Part shown: piece after piece, positions 8,126 through 16,608 of the stretch
How positions within the stretch are numbered: the first letter of the stretch is position 1
Layout of the letters: each line of letters starts with the position of its first letter
Origin: Candidatus Eiseniibacteriota bacterium
GTDB taxonomy: Bacteria > Eisenbacteria > RBG-16-71-46
Length of the DNA: 64,000 nt
Reading direction: 5' to 3'
Assembly (NCBI GenBank): GCA_963707915.1
Contig: OY970178.1
Span: forward strand, 448,001 to 512,000
Program-made: the position numbers and the translations under genes
Notes under the pieces: model-generated
Databases searched by the model: none
Seen by the model: only the letters and a program-made list of their open reading frames with translations
What the model was told of the DNA's origin: nothing

Positions 8126-8395
8126 ATGGCGAGCACGGGGAAGCGTTACAGCGAAGAGCAGATCATCGCGATCCTGAAGGAGGCGGACAGCGCCGGGAAC
8201 GTCGGCGAGCTGATCCGGCGCCACGGGATCTCCGCCCACACCTACTACCGCTGGAAGAGCAAGTACGGTGGCCTGGAGGTGAGCGAGGCGCGGCGGCTCA
8301 AGCAACTCGAGGACGAGAACCGCCGACTTAAGCGGATCGTCGCCGACCAGACGCTGAACATCCAGATCCTGAAGGAAGCGCTGGGAAAAGACTGA
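8126..8395 (+). CDS. IS3-family transposase OrfA
   Basis: KRYSEEQIIAILKEA...RRHGISAHTYYRWKSKYGGLEVSEARRLKQLEDENRRLK. Confidence 0.93.
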   Translation: MASTGKRYSEEQIIAILKEADSAGNVGELIRRHGISAHTYYRWKSKYGGLEVSEARRLKQLEDENRRLKRIVADQTLNIQILKEALGKD

Positions 8396-9243
8396 CGACG
8401 GCTGCGGCCCGGCGCGCCGCCGTCCTGGAAGCCCGTTCACGCCATGCCGGACTCTCGGAGCGACGCGCCTGCACGGTGCTGGGTACGCCGCTGTCGGGCC
8501 AGCGCTATCGATCACGTCGCGCTCCGCAGGAGGCGCTGCGCCAGCGGCTGCGCGAGCTGGCGCTGATCCGGCTGCGCTGGGGCTATCGGCGGTTGCATCG
8601 CGTGCTCACGCGCGAGGGGCTGCGGGTGAACGTCAAGCGCGTCTACCGCCTGTACCGCGAGGAGGGTCTGGCCGTGCGGCGGCGGAAGCGCAAGCGGGTG
8701 GCGGTGGCGCGGCAACCGATGCTGGTGCCGACGCGGCTGAATGAGTGCTGGGCGATGGACTTCATGTCGGACGTGCTGTCGAGCGGACGACGCTATCGGG
8801 TGTTCAATGTGGTTGACGTGCTGAGCCGCGAGGCGCTCGCCGCCGAGGTCGACACCAGCCTGCCGGCGGCTCGGGTGATCCGGGCGCTGGAGGAGATTGC
8901 GATCATGCGAGGCTATCCGGCGCGGATCACGCTCGACAACGGGCCGGAGTTCCGCAGCATGGCGCTGGACACCTGGGCGTACGAGCACGGGGTGGTGCTC
9001 GACTTCATCCAGCCCGGCAAGCCGATCCAGAACAGCATGGTGGAGAGCTACAACGGTCGGATGCGTGACGAGCTGCTCAACCTGCACTGGTGGCGGAGCA
9101 TCGGCGAAGCGCGCGACGCGATCGACGCCTACCGGCAGGACTTCAACGAGGCCCGGCCACACAGCGGCCTCGGTCACAAGACGCCGAGCGAGTTCGCCCG
9201 GCACTATGCGGTAAACTCGAACCCGCAGCGGCTGGCCTCTTGA
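8392..9243 (+). CDS. IS3-family transposase OrfB (DDE core); start approximate, frameshift-coupled
   Basis: WGYRRL, WAMDFMSD, DNGPEF, PGKPIQNSMVESYNGRMRDE, RPHSGLG. Confidence 0.9.
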   Translation: MTTAAARRAAVLEARSRHAGLSERRACTVLGTPLSGQRYRSRRAPQEALRQRLRELALIRLRWGYRRLHRVLTREGLRVNVKRVYRLYREEGLAVRRRKRKRVAVARQPMLVPTRLNECWAMDFMSDVLSSGRRYRVFNVVDVLSREALAAEVDTSLPAARVIRALEEIAIMRGYPARITLDNGPEFRSMALDTWAYEHGVVLDFIQPGKPIQNSMVESYNGRMRDELLNLHWWRSIGEARDAIDAYRQDFNEARPHSGLGHKTPSEFARHYAVNSNPQRLAS

Positions 9244-9270
9244 TCTGTACCAGCGTTGGGGGCTACGTCA

Positions 9271-9575
9271 CGGTGCCACTCGCCCCCGAGTTGCTTCAGG
9301 AGGTAGCCGCCCACGTCGGGAGGCTGGTTCCGTTCCGCGAGGCTGACCCCGGCACGTTCAGTTGGCACGTTCGCCAGATGAGCGGGGTAGAGAGGTTCCA
9401 CCCGCACATGCTGCGTCACACGTTCGCCTGCCGGTGGATTGAGCGTGACGGGAGCCTGCCAGCCTTGCAGCAGATTCTGGGCCACGCCTCGATTGCCACA
9501 ACCCAGCGCTACGCCAGGCTGGGTGACGCGGTGGTGAAAGAGCAGGCCTTGAGGGTGCTGGGCGGGACGCTGTAG
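9271..9575 (+). pseudogene. C-terminal remnant of a tyrosine recombinase/integrase
   Basis: FHPHMLRHTFA...LQQILGHASIATTQRYA contains the H-x-x-R, H and catalytic Y motifs. The 5' part is missing at the IS junction, and the remnant is adjacent to a tRNA 3' end. Confidence 0.9.
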
Positions 9576-9644
9576 CAAATGCGTAGCAAGGGCACGCAGG
9601 GCAGGGGCGCATGTAGCAGGCAGGATTCCCTAACCGCTTGCGGT

Positions 9645-9720
<76 letters not shown>

Positions 9721-9803
9721 GCAGATGCTGCGGGGGCGGCACACCTTAGATGCGCCCGTGGCCCCCGCGCAAGTCGCAGGGCCCGCGGGCGCGGCGCCGC
9801 GGG

Positions 9804-11636
9804 TCATGGCCTGGCGCGGACCGTGCGGGCGATGACCCGCGCCTCGTCGATCGTACCGCCGGAGACCAGTTCGCCGGCCTTGCGCTCCGCGGTGTCGCGA
9901 TCCGAGAACGCTCCGACGATGACGGCGTACATCGTCACGCCTTCCCTGCGCAGGTCGGTGATCCGGCCGGTCAGCCCGCTCGCCCCGCTGATGCGCGCGA
10001 GTTCCGCCTCGGCCCGGGCACGGTCGAGGTAGGTCCCCACGGAGAGGCTGAACTCCTGGGTCGTGGGCGGCGTTGGCCGCGAAGCCGCGACGACGGGTTT
10101 GGCGACCGCGCCCGGCGCAGGCGTCACGACGGGCGCCGGCATCACCTCCGGTGCGCGGGCGGAGAGCAGCGTGTCGATCCCGGAGGCCGTTGCCCCGGAG
10201 GTGTCGGCCAGGGTGGAGTCGGCGACCTGCACCATGGCGGTCGAGTCGATCGACGCGATCGCCATGCTGTCGGCCAGCAGGTTCGCCGCGGACGGAGGCA
10301 CCGGCACCGCCGGCTTGGCCCAGGGTCCGAAACGGAACATGAGGATCGCCGCGATGGCGACCAGTGCGGCGATCGCGATCCCGATGAGCAGCTTGAACCC
10401 CAGGTTCGAGGGCTTCTTGGGCTCCTCGTCGCGCATGCGGTCGTACAGACGCGATGGCAGCGCGTCGGCGCGCGGCGCGTGCGGGCGTGCCGTCCGTTCG
10501 GCGGGCGACGGGACGCCGGGGGCCGGGGGCACGAGCGCGCTCTCGGCGGCGTAGCGCGTTCCCGGGCCGGCCGGTGGCGGCTGCGCCGGTGGTTCCGGGG
10601 CGCGCGGGACCTCGATCCTCGGCACCTCCTCCAGCGCCAGCGGGGGCGGTGCGGGCACCTCGGGCGTGGCGTTGGCGCTCGGCGGTGGCGCCGGCGCGGG
10701 CGATTCGACTGCCGGCGCGGGCGCTTCGACCGCGGGCGCCGGCGGGTGGGGCGCGGGCAGCGGCAAGGCCGAGGGCCACGCGGGGAGTGGCGCGAGCAGC
10801 GGCCCGGTCTCGCTCGCCGGGATCACGCCGTGGAAGGTGGCCTCCTGCGCGGCGGAGCGCACGTGCTGCGGGCTCACGCTGGCAACGCCCTCGACGTAGG
10901 CGTCGAGCATGGCCTGTGCGCAGATCTGGTTGATCTCGCGCGGGATGCCGTGCGTGACGGCGTGGACCTCGGCGCAGGTCTCCGACGGGAACAGGCGGGG
11001 CGCGTCGCCGCCGGCGACGGTGACGCGATGACGGATGTAGCGTTCGGTCTCTTCGAGGGTCAGCGGGCTCAGTCGGTAGTGCACGGGAATCCGCTGGCGC
11101 AACTGGCGCAACTCGGGCAGCGTGAGCTTGGCCTCGAGCTCCGGCTGGCCGACGAGGATGATCTGCAGCAGGTTCTCGCCGCCGGCCTCGAGGTTCGAGA
11201 ACAGCCGGATCTCCTCGAGCAGCTCGCGGTCGAAGTTCTGCGCCTCGTCGAGCAGCAGGATGGCGCGCTCGCCGCGTCCGCGCAGCGCGAGCAGGTGCTG
11301 CTCGAGCAGGGCCATGGCCTGCGGCTTCGAGGCGGGCTGCGGGACGCTGACCCCGAATCGCAGGCAGATCTCCTCGAGCAGTTCGCCCCGGGTCAGCGCG
11401 GAGTTGGTGATGAGCGCGACCGAGACCCGCGTCTGCAGCTCGACGACCGCCTCGAACAGGGCGGTCGTCTTGCCCGTGCCGACCTCGCCGGTGATGAGCA
11501 CGAACGGCTCGAGGTTGCCGATGCCGTAGCGCAGGTGGGCCAGCGCCTCCTGGTGCTCGTGACTGGGGTACACGAAACGCGACTGGTGGCCCGAGGCGAA
11601 CGGGTTCTCGCGCAGCCCGAAATGACTCTCGAACAT
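9804..11636 (-). CDS. ExeA/GspA-like AAA ATPase with Pro/Ala linker, TM helix and C-terminal SPOR domain
   Basis: HFGLRENPF, Walker A GEVGTGKT, Walker B LLDEAQN, GQPEL, GIPREIN; C-terminal FSLSVGTYLDRARAE...YAVIVGAF SPOR-like domain. Confidence 0.85.
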   Translation of the reverse strand: MFESHFGLRENPFASGHQSRFVYPSHEHQEALAHLRYGIGNLEPFVLITGEVGTGKTTALFEAVVELQTRVSVALITNSALTRGELLEEICLRFGVSVPQPASKPQAMALLEQHLLALRGRGERAILLLDEAQNFDRELLEEIRLFSNLEAGGENLLQIILVGQPELEAKLTLPELRQLRQRIPVHYRLSPLTLEETERYIRHRVTVAGGDAPRLFPSETCAEVHAVTHGIPREINQICAQAMLDAYVEGVASVSPQHVRSAAQEATFHGVIPASETGPLLAPLPAWPSALPLPAPHPPAPAVEAPAPAVESPAPAPPPSANATPEVPAPPPLALEEVPRIEVPRAPEPPAQPPPAGPGTRYAAESALVPPAPGVPSPAERTARPHAPRADALPSRLYDRMRDEEPKKPSNLGFKLLIGIAIAALVAIAAILMFRFGPWAKPAVPVPPSAANLLADSMAIASIDSTAMVQVADSTLADTSGATASGIDTLLSARAPEVMPAPVVTPAPGAVAKPVVAASRPTPPTTQEFSLSVGTYLDRARAEAELARISGASGLTGRITDLRREGVTMYAVIVGAFSDRDTAERKAGELVSGGTIDEARVIARTVRARP

Positions 11637-11730
11637 GGGTCAGCTTCCTCGGGCGATGGAACGTGGAGACGAGCGTGCCGGCGCTGCGGTCATCGGCGGG
11701 GACTTCCGGGAGCTCGACATCGGACCGGGG

Positions 11731-12324
11731 TCAGCCCCGCTCCGCGGGCAGCAGGTCGTTCACGGTGAAGAGCGGGGTGAACGGGTAGCCGCGCTGCTGG
11801 AAGACCTGCGCGGCGCCCTGGTTGCGGTCCACCACCGAGACGATGCGCACCACCTGGGCCCGGTAGGACTCGACCGCCTCGACGGCGACCAGCGCGCTCT
11901 CGCCGCTGGTGATGAGGTCGTCGAGGACCGCCACGCGCTTGTGACCGGCGAGGTTGCCCTCGACCTGGCCGAGCGCGCCGTGGTCCTTGGGGGCGCGTCG
12001 CACGAGGAAGCCGTCCAGCGGACGGCCCGCCTGCAAGCTGTGAAGCATCAGGCCGGCGACGAGCGGGTCGGCACCCATGGTGAGCCCCCCGACGGCGGTG
12101 ATCCCTTCCGGCTCCAGCAACTCCCAGAACAGCCGCGAGATCAGCTGCAGCCCCTGCGGGTGGAGGCTGGTCTTGCGGACGTCGATGTAGTAGTTGGACG
12201 TGATCCCCGAGCTGAGCACGAACTCGCCGAAGCGCATGGAACGTTCGAGCAGCATCCGGCGGAGTTGGTCGCGGTCCGCACTCTCCAAGGCTCCCTCCGT
12301 GGGCAAGTTCGCAGCGTCGTCCAT
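11731..12324 (-). CDS. pyrE: Orotate phosphoribosyltransferase
   Basis: FVLSSG..SNYYID, GGLTMGADP, VRR..KDHG, PRPP motif VLDDLITSG. Confidence 0.93.
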   Translation of the reverse strand: MDDAANLPTEGALESADRDQLRRMLLERSMRFGEFVLSSGITSNYYIDVRKTSLHPQGLQLISRLFWELLEPEGITAVGGLTMGADPLVAGLMLHSLQAGRPLDGFLVRRAPKDHGALGQVEGNLAGHKRVAVLDDLITSGESALVAVEAVESYRAQVVRIVSVVDRNQGAAQVFQQRGYPFTPLFTVNDLLPAERG

Positions 12325-12396
12325 TGGACGGCGGCCGAGTGTGCCCGCCGCCCCCGGCTGGCGTCAAGCGCGGGGCGGGTCGGCCGCAGACCCGCC

Positions 12397-12426
12397 TTGA
12401 CCGCGCTCCGAGGCGCTCCCTAGACT
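12397..12426 (+). promoter_or_regulatory. Candidate sigma70-type promoter for the S8 peptidase
   Basis: TTGACC-N18-TAGACT; a divergent TTGACG-N18-CACACT (12367..12338) faces pyrE. Confidence 0.5.
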
Positions 12427-12438
12427 TCTGGGGGTGGC

Positions 12439-15400
12439 GTGGCCGGGCCCGCCCGTTCCATGCGGGCGGCCGCGCGCCTTGTCGGGGTGACCGTGCGTTC
12501 TGCCGTCGCTGTCCTGATGCTGCTCACCCTGGTGGTCCCGCGGAGCGCGCGGGCCCTCGATCTGCCCGTGCGCGACCCGCGCCGCGAGTCGGTGAGCGGG
12601 CCGTCGTATGCGGCCGACCGCCTCGAGATCCGGCTGGCCCCCGCGGCGGCGCAGCGGGCGCGGGCCGCCCGCGCGACCGGGGCCGTGCCCGCGGGCGTCG
12701 TTCACCCGCGACTGGGGCTCGCAGCCCTCGACGCGGTGGCGGCCGGGTTGGGCGCCTGGTTCGAGCCCGAGTTCCGCGGCGAGACGCCGCCGCCGCCGGG
12801 CTCGGTGGATGCCGACTTCACGGCGTTCTACATCGCGCACCTGCCGGAGGGCGCGGACCTCGAGGGGGCGCTGGCGAGCCTGGCCGGCCTGGCCGACGTG
12901 CAGAGCGCTCAGCCCATCGCGGTGCTCCCGGTCAGCGCGGTGCCGAACGACTCGCTGTGGAGCGCCTCGTGGTGGCATGACCAGGTCGCGGGTCACTGCA
13001 TCCACGCGCCCCAGGCGTGGGACGTCACCACCGGCGACACGTCCGTGGTGGTGGCGATCCTCGACACCGGCGTGATCCCGTATCACCCGGACCTGGGCGG
13101 GACGGTCGCCGGGCTCCCCGGCCAGATCTGGACGAATTGGGCGGAGCGGGGCGGCGTGCCCGGGGTGGACGACGACGGCAACGGGTTCGTGGACGACACC
13201 TGGGGCTGGGACTTCGTGAACCTGGCGAGCGGCAGCTTCGTGTCGCCCTTCGAGGACTGGCGGGACCAGGACAACGACCCCAACGACTACGCCGGCCACG
13301 GCACGCAGGTGGCCGGGATCGTGGGCGCGCTGGCGGACAACGGCATCGGCGTGGCGGGCACCGCCTGGCGGGTGGCGCTCATGCCGCTGCGCATCGGCTG
13401 GGCGGAGAACGCCTACCCGCTCGGGTTGGTGGACATGTCCTTCGCGGCCCAGGCGGTGCGTTACGCCACGCGCATGCGGGCGGACGTGATCAATTGCTCC
13501 TTCGCGAGCCTCAACCAGAACGGGCTGGGCGTGGCGCTCGACGCCGCGATCGCGGCGGGCGTGACGGTGGTCGCCGCGTCCGGCAACAACGGCGCGCCGA
13601 ACTACATCGGCGCGCGCGGGGACGTCGTCGCGGTGGCCGCCACCGACCCGAGCGACCAGGTCGCGGCGTTCTCGAATCTCGGCAGCTGGGTGGACTTCGC
13701 GGCGCCGGGCGTGGGGATCTTCTCCACCTTCATCACCCGCGCGGTCCCGGCGAGCGACAGCCTGGGCTACCGCCAGCCGGCCTACAACGCCCCGGCGGGG
13801 CTCAGCGGCACGTCGTTCTCGGCGCCGCTCGCGGCGGGCGCGGCCGCGTTGCTCCAGGCCCGGCAGCGGCAGCTCGGACGGCGATCGCTGACGCCGCGGG
13901 GGGTGCAGCTCAGGCTGCGCGAGACGGCGGACGACATCTCGTCGCTGAACGGCTCCACCACGGGCTACGGCACCGGCCGGCTCAACGCGGCGCGGGCGCT
14001 GAGCGACCGGCTGACCTCGACCGCTTGGCGCGCCGCGAGCGCCACCGTCGGTCCGGACGTGCCGATCCCGCTCAGCGGTCCGGCCCGGAAGCTCGCCTGG
14101 GTGACGACGGCCACGCAGTTGCTGATCCAGGACTGGGTCACCGGCGACACGCTCGCCGTGGCCGACCTGGGGGCCGGCCCGGCGCGCCAACTGGCGGCCG
14201 CCGACATGGGTGGCGGCCACGGCGTGTGCCTCTTCGTCGGTATGCTGGACGGCACGCTGGCCGGGTTCGACACCACGGGCGCCGCGCTTCCCGGCTTCCC
14301 GGTGAGTCCCGACGAGATCTCGGTGCTGTCGGGCGGTCCGGCGCTGGGTGACATCGACGGCGACGGCGAGCTCGAGATCGTCTGCGGCCGGGACGACGGG
14401 CGACTCTTCGCCTGGCGGGCGGACGGGTCGGGCGTGCCGGGCTTCCCGGTGGTGACCGACGTCTCGGGGGTCAGCGCTCCGGTCGCGCTCGCCGACCTCG
14501 ACGGCCAGCCCGGGGAGGAGATCGTTGCGGCGGCGGTGGGTGGCGCGGTCTACGTCGTGAAAGGCAACGGGACGTTCGCGCCGGGCTGGCCGGTGACGCT
14601 CGACCCGCTCCCGAAGGCGCCGGTGGTGGCGGAGTTCGGTGGCGAGCCGGTCGTGCTGGTGGCGGCCGGCACGCAACTCGTCGGGCTGCGGCCGGACGGC
14701 AGCGAGCGCTGGCGCTGGTCGCTGGGCGCCAGCGTCGCGGGCGACCCCGCGCTGGGCGACCTCAACGGGGACGGGGCGGACGAGATCGTGCTGCCGGCCA
14801 CCGCACCCAACCAGGTGATCGTGCTGGACTCCACCGGGGTGGCGCCCGCCGGGCTGGGCTGGCCGTTCGCGCTGGCGGCCGCGCCGCAGGGCCCGCCGGT
14901 GCTGGGCCACCTCGAAGGCGGCGGGCCGCCGGGCGTGATGCTGATGCAAGCCGGCGGGCTCGTGGCGCTCAACGACAGCGCGAAGGTCCTGGGTCGCTTT
15001 CCCAAGCCCGGGGGCGCCGGGATGTCCCCGACGCTGGCGGACCTCGCCGGCGACGGCGCGACGAGGATCGCGGCCGGCTCGGGATCCGACCTGCTGCTGT
15101 ACGTCTACGACGCGGGCGCGGGCAGTTCGGCGGCCGCGCGGCAGACCTGGGCCACCGCGCGCGGCAACTTCGCCCGCACGGGCACCCCGGCCGACACGCT
15201 GCCGCCCGCCACGGTCGGCGACCTCGCGGCGGTGCGCTGCGCGCCGGACTCGGTGCGGCTGAGCTGGACGGCGCCCGGGGACGACGGCGGGACCGGCCGG
15301 GCGGTGGCCTACCGGCTGTGGGCCACGACGATGAGGTCGGCGATCGGGAGCGCGGACGCGGGCGCCGTGCGCCTGGCCGCACCTGCGCCGGGCGTGGCCG

Positions 15401-15816
15401 GATCGAGCGAAGTCGTCACCGTCCCGGCTCCGGAGCCCGGGGTGACGGCCTGGTACTGGTTGTTCGCCAACGACGAGGCGGGGAACGCCAGCGGTCGCTC
15501 GAATGTCGTCGGGTTCACCCAGCCGCTGGGCCCCGCGGGCCCGGACGGCCAGGCCGGACTCGCGTTGGAGGTGCGGCAGCGGCCGTCACGGGTGCCGGTC
15601 CTGCTGGCCTGGAGCGGTGCCAACGCCGAGGCCATCCGGCTCTACGACGTCTCGGGGCGGCTCGTGCGCACGCTGCGGCTCGCCCGGGGCGGGCATGACA
15701 CGGAGCCATGGGACGGCCGGGACGAGAGTGGAAGCCTCGTCCCGGCCGGTCTCTACTTCGCGCGTCTGACGGGTGGCCCCCAGCACGCTCAGGCGCGCAT
15801 CGTGTTCCTGCCCTGA
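12439..15816 (+). CDS. S8 (subtilisin-family) serine peptidase with FG-GAP-like repeats, Fn3 and C-terminal FlgD-Ig/T9SS-like domain; start uncertain
   Basis: Catalytic triad motifs ILDTG, GHGTQVAG, SGTSFSAP; GDIDGDGELEIV repeats; C-terminal LYDVSGRLVRTL...WDGRDESG..VPAGLYFARL. Confidence 0.9.
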   Translation: MAGPARSMRAAARLVGVTVRSAVAVLMLLTLVVPRSARALDLPVRDPRRESVSGPSYAADRLEIRLAPAAAQRARAARATGAVPAGVVHPRLGLAALDAVAAGLGAWFEPEFRGETPPPPGSVDADFTAFYIAHLPEGADLEGALASLAGLADVQSAQPIAVLPVSAVPNDSLWSASWWHDQVAGHCIHAPQAWDVTTGDTSVVVAILDTGVIPYHPDLGGTVAGLPGQIWTNWAERGGVPGVDDDGNGFVDDTWGWDFVNLASGSFVSPFEDWRDQDNDPNDYAGHGTQVAGIVGALADNGIGVAGTAWRVALMPLRIGWAENAYPLGLVDMSFAAQAVRYATRMRADVINCSFASLNQNGLGVALDAAIAAGVTVVAASGNNGAPNYIGARGDVVAVAATDPSDQVAAFSNLGSWVDFAAPGVGIFSTFITRAVPASDSLGYRQPAYNAPAGLSGTSFSAPLAAGAAALLQARQRQLGRRSLTPRGVQLRLRETADDISSLNGSTTGYGTGRLNAARALSDRLTSTAWRAASATVGPDVPIPLSGPARKLAWVTTATQLLIQDWVTGDTLAVADLGAGPARQLAAADMGGGHGVCLFVGMLDGTLAGFDTTGAALPGFPVSPDEISVLSGGPALGDIDGDGELEIVCGRDDGRLFAWRADGSGVPGFPVVTDVSGVSAPVALADLDGQPGEEIVAAAVGGAVYVVKGNGTFAPGWPVTLDPLPKAPVVAEFGGEPVVLVAAGTQLVGLRPDGSERWRWSLGASVAGDPALGDLNGDGADEIVLPATAPNQVIVLDSTGVAPAGLGWPFALAAAPQGPPVLGHLEGGGPPGVMLMQAGGLVALNDSAKVLGRFPKPGGAGMSPTLADLAGDGATRIAAGSGSDLLLYVYDAGAGSSAAARQTWATARGNFARTGTPADTLPPATVGDLAAVRCAPDSVRLSWTAPGDDGGTGRAVAYRLWATTMRSAIGSADAGAVRLAAPAPGVAGSSEVVTVPAPEPGVTAWYWLFANDEAGNASGRSNVVGFTQPLGPAGPDGQAGLALEVRQRPSRVPVLLAWSGANAEAIRLYDVSGRLVRTLRLARGGHDTEPWDGRDESGSLVPAGLYFARLTGGPQHAQARIVFLP

Positions 15817-15838
15817 GTCGCGGAGTCCGGGTGCCCGG

Positions 15839-16315
15839 TTACGGCCTGATCTTGAGGGTGATGCCGTCGCCGGGTTCGGGATCGCTCCCGAGCGGGGCGC
15901 CGACCGTGACCTCGATGGTCGCAGACCACGCGCTCTCCACCCCGGCGGTCGACGTCGCGCGCAGGCGGTAGTACTCGGTGTCCTGCGTCATCCGCGGGAG
16001 GACGTACTGCGTCGTGCCCGAGTCGGTCTGGCCGATGAGGACGTAGGCGCTCTCCAGGGCCGGGTCCGGCGAGTACTGGTAGACTTGGTAGCTGGCGACG
16101 TTCGCCGAGGAACTCGGGGTCCACTCGAGCGTGCCCCGGCTGGTCGCGCCGTTCCAGTCGCTGACGATCTGCGCCGGGACTGCCGGCGGAGCCTGGTCGA
16201 GCGCGGGAGCGGCGGCGTCGAGTCCCGTGGGGGACGTGTTCTTGCTGCAGCCGCTCAACATCGCGGCCAGCGTCAGCGCAAGCAGAATCGGAGCGACGTG
16301 CTTGAGGGACTTCAC
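15839..16315 (-). CDS. Lipoprotein with fibronectin type III-like domain
   Basis: SD AAGGAGG; lipobox LSGC; PPAVP...LEWTPSSSANVASYQVYQ...YYRLRATSTAGVES. Confidence 0.8.
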   Translation of the reverse strand: MKSLKHVAPILLALTLAAMLSGCSKNTSPTGLDAAAPALDQAPPAVPAQIVSDWNGATSRGTLEWTPSSSANVASYQVYQYSPDPALESAYVLIGQTDSGTTQYVLPRMTQDTEYYRLRATSTAGVESAWSATIEVTVGAPLGSDPEPGDGITLKIRP

Positions 16316-16409
16316 GACCGGACCTCCTTGTGCGACAAGGTTGTTCCTGCTGGGGGGGACTCCCGAGCGGAGTCAGTCCACGCTTCCTGCCACAGGTTCG
16401 CGTTGCACG

Positions 16410-16425
16410 AGCAATCCGGGTGCCA
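16410..16425 (-). promoter_or_regulatory. sigma54 (-24/-12) promoter for the Fn3 lipoprotein
   Basis: Minus strand reads TGGCACCCGGATTGCT, matching TGGCAC-N5-TTGCW. Confidence 0.7.
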
Positions 16426-16608
16426 ACCGGCCTCTGCGCTCGCCTGTCAGGGGATACCCGGCACGGGCCGGGCACGGTTGGGGGGGGAGGGTATGCAAAG
16501 CCCAAGGACCGGCGCCGCGAAGGATGCGGAATGCAACGGGGCTTTCTCGGGAGCCGGGGCACGGCGGGTGGATTCGCGTGCGCGCGCCCTTCGTGGTGGA
16601 GTAGCGCC

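Larger units (their letters stand above)
8053..9270 (+). mobile_element. IS3-family insertion sequence (IS407-like group)
   Basis: IRL TGACGTAGCCCCCGGAAGCTGACACAGA at 8053 and IRR TCTGTACCAGCGTTGGGGGCTACGTCA ending at 9270; orfA/orfB with GGGAAAAG slippery sequence at 8383-8390. Confidence 0.93.

Noticed and set aside
1..9644. Intact prophage
   Set aside because: No structural, packaging, replication or lysis genes are visible; only an integrase remnant.
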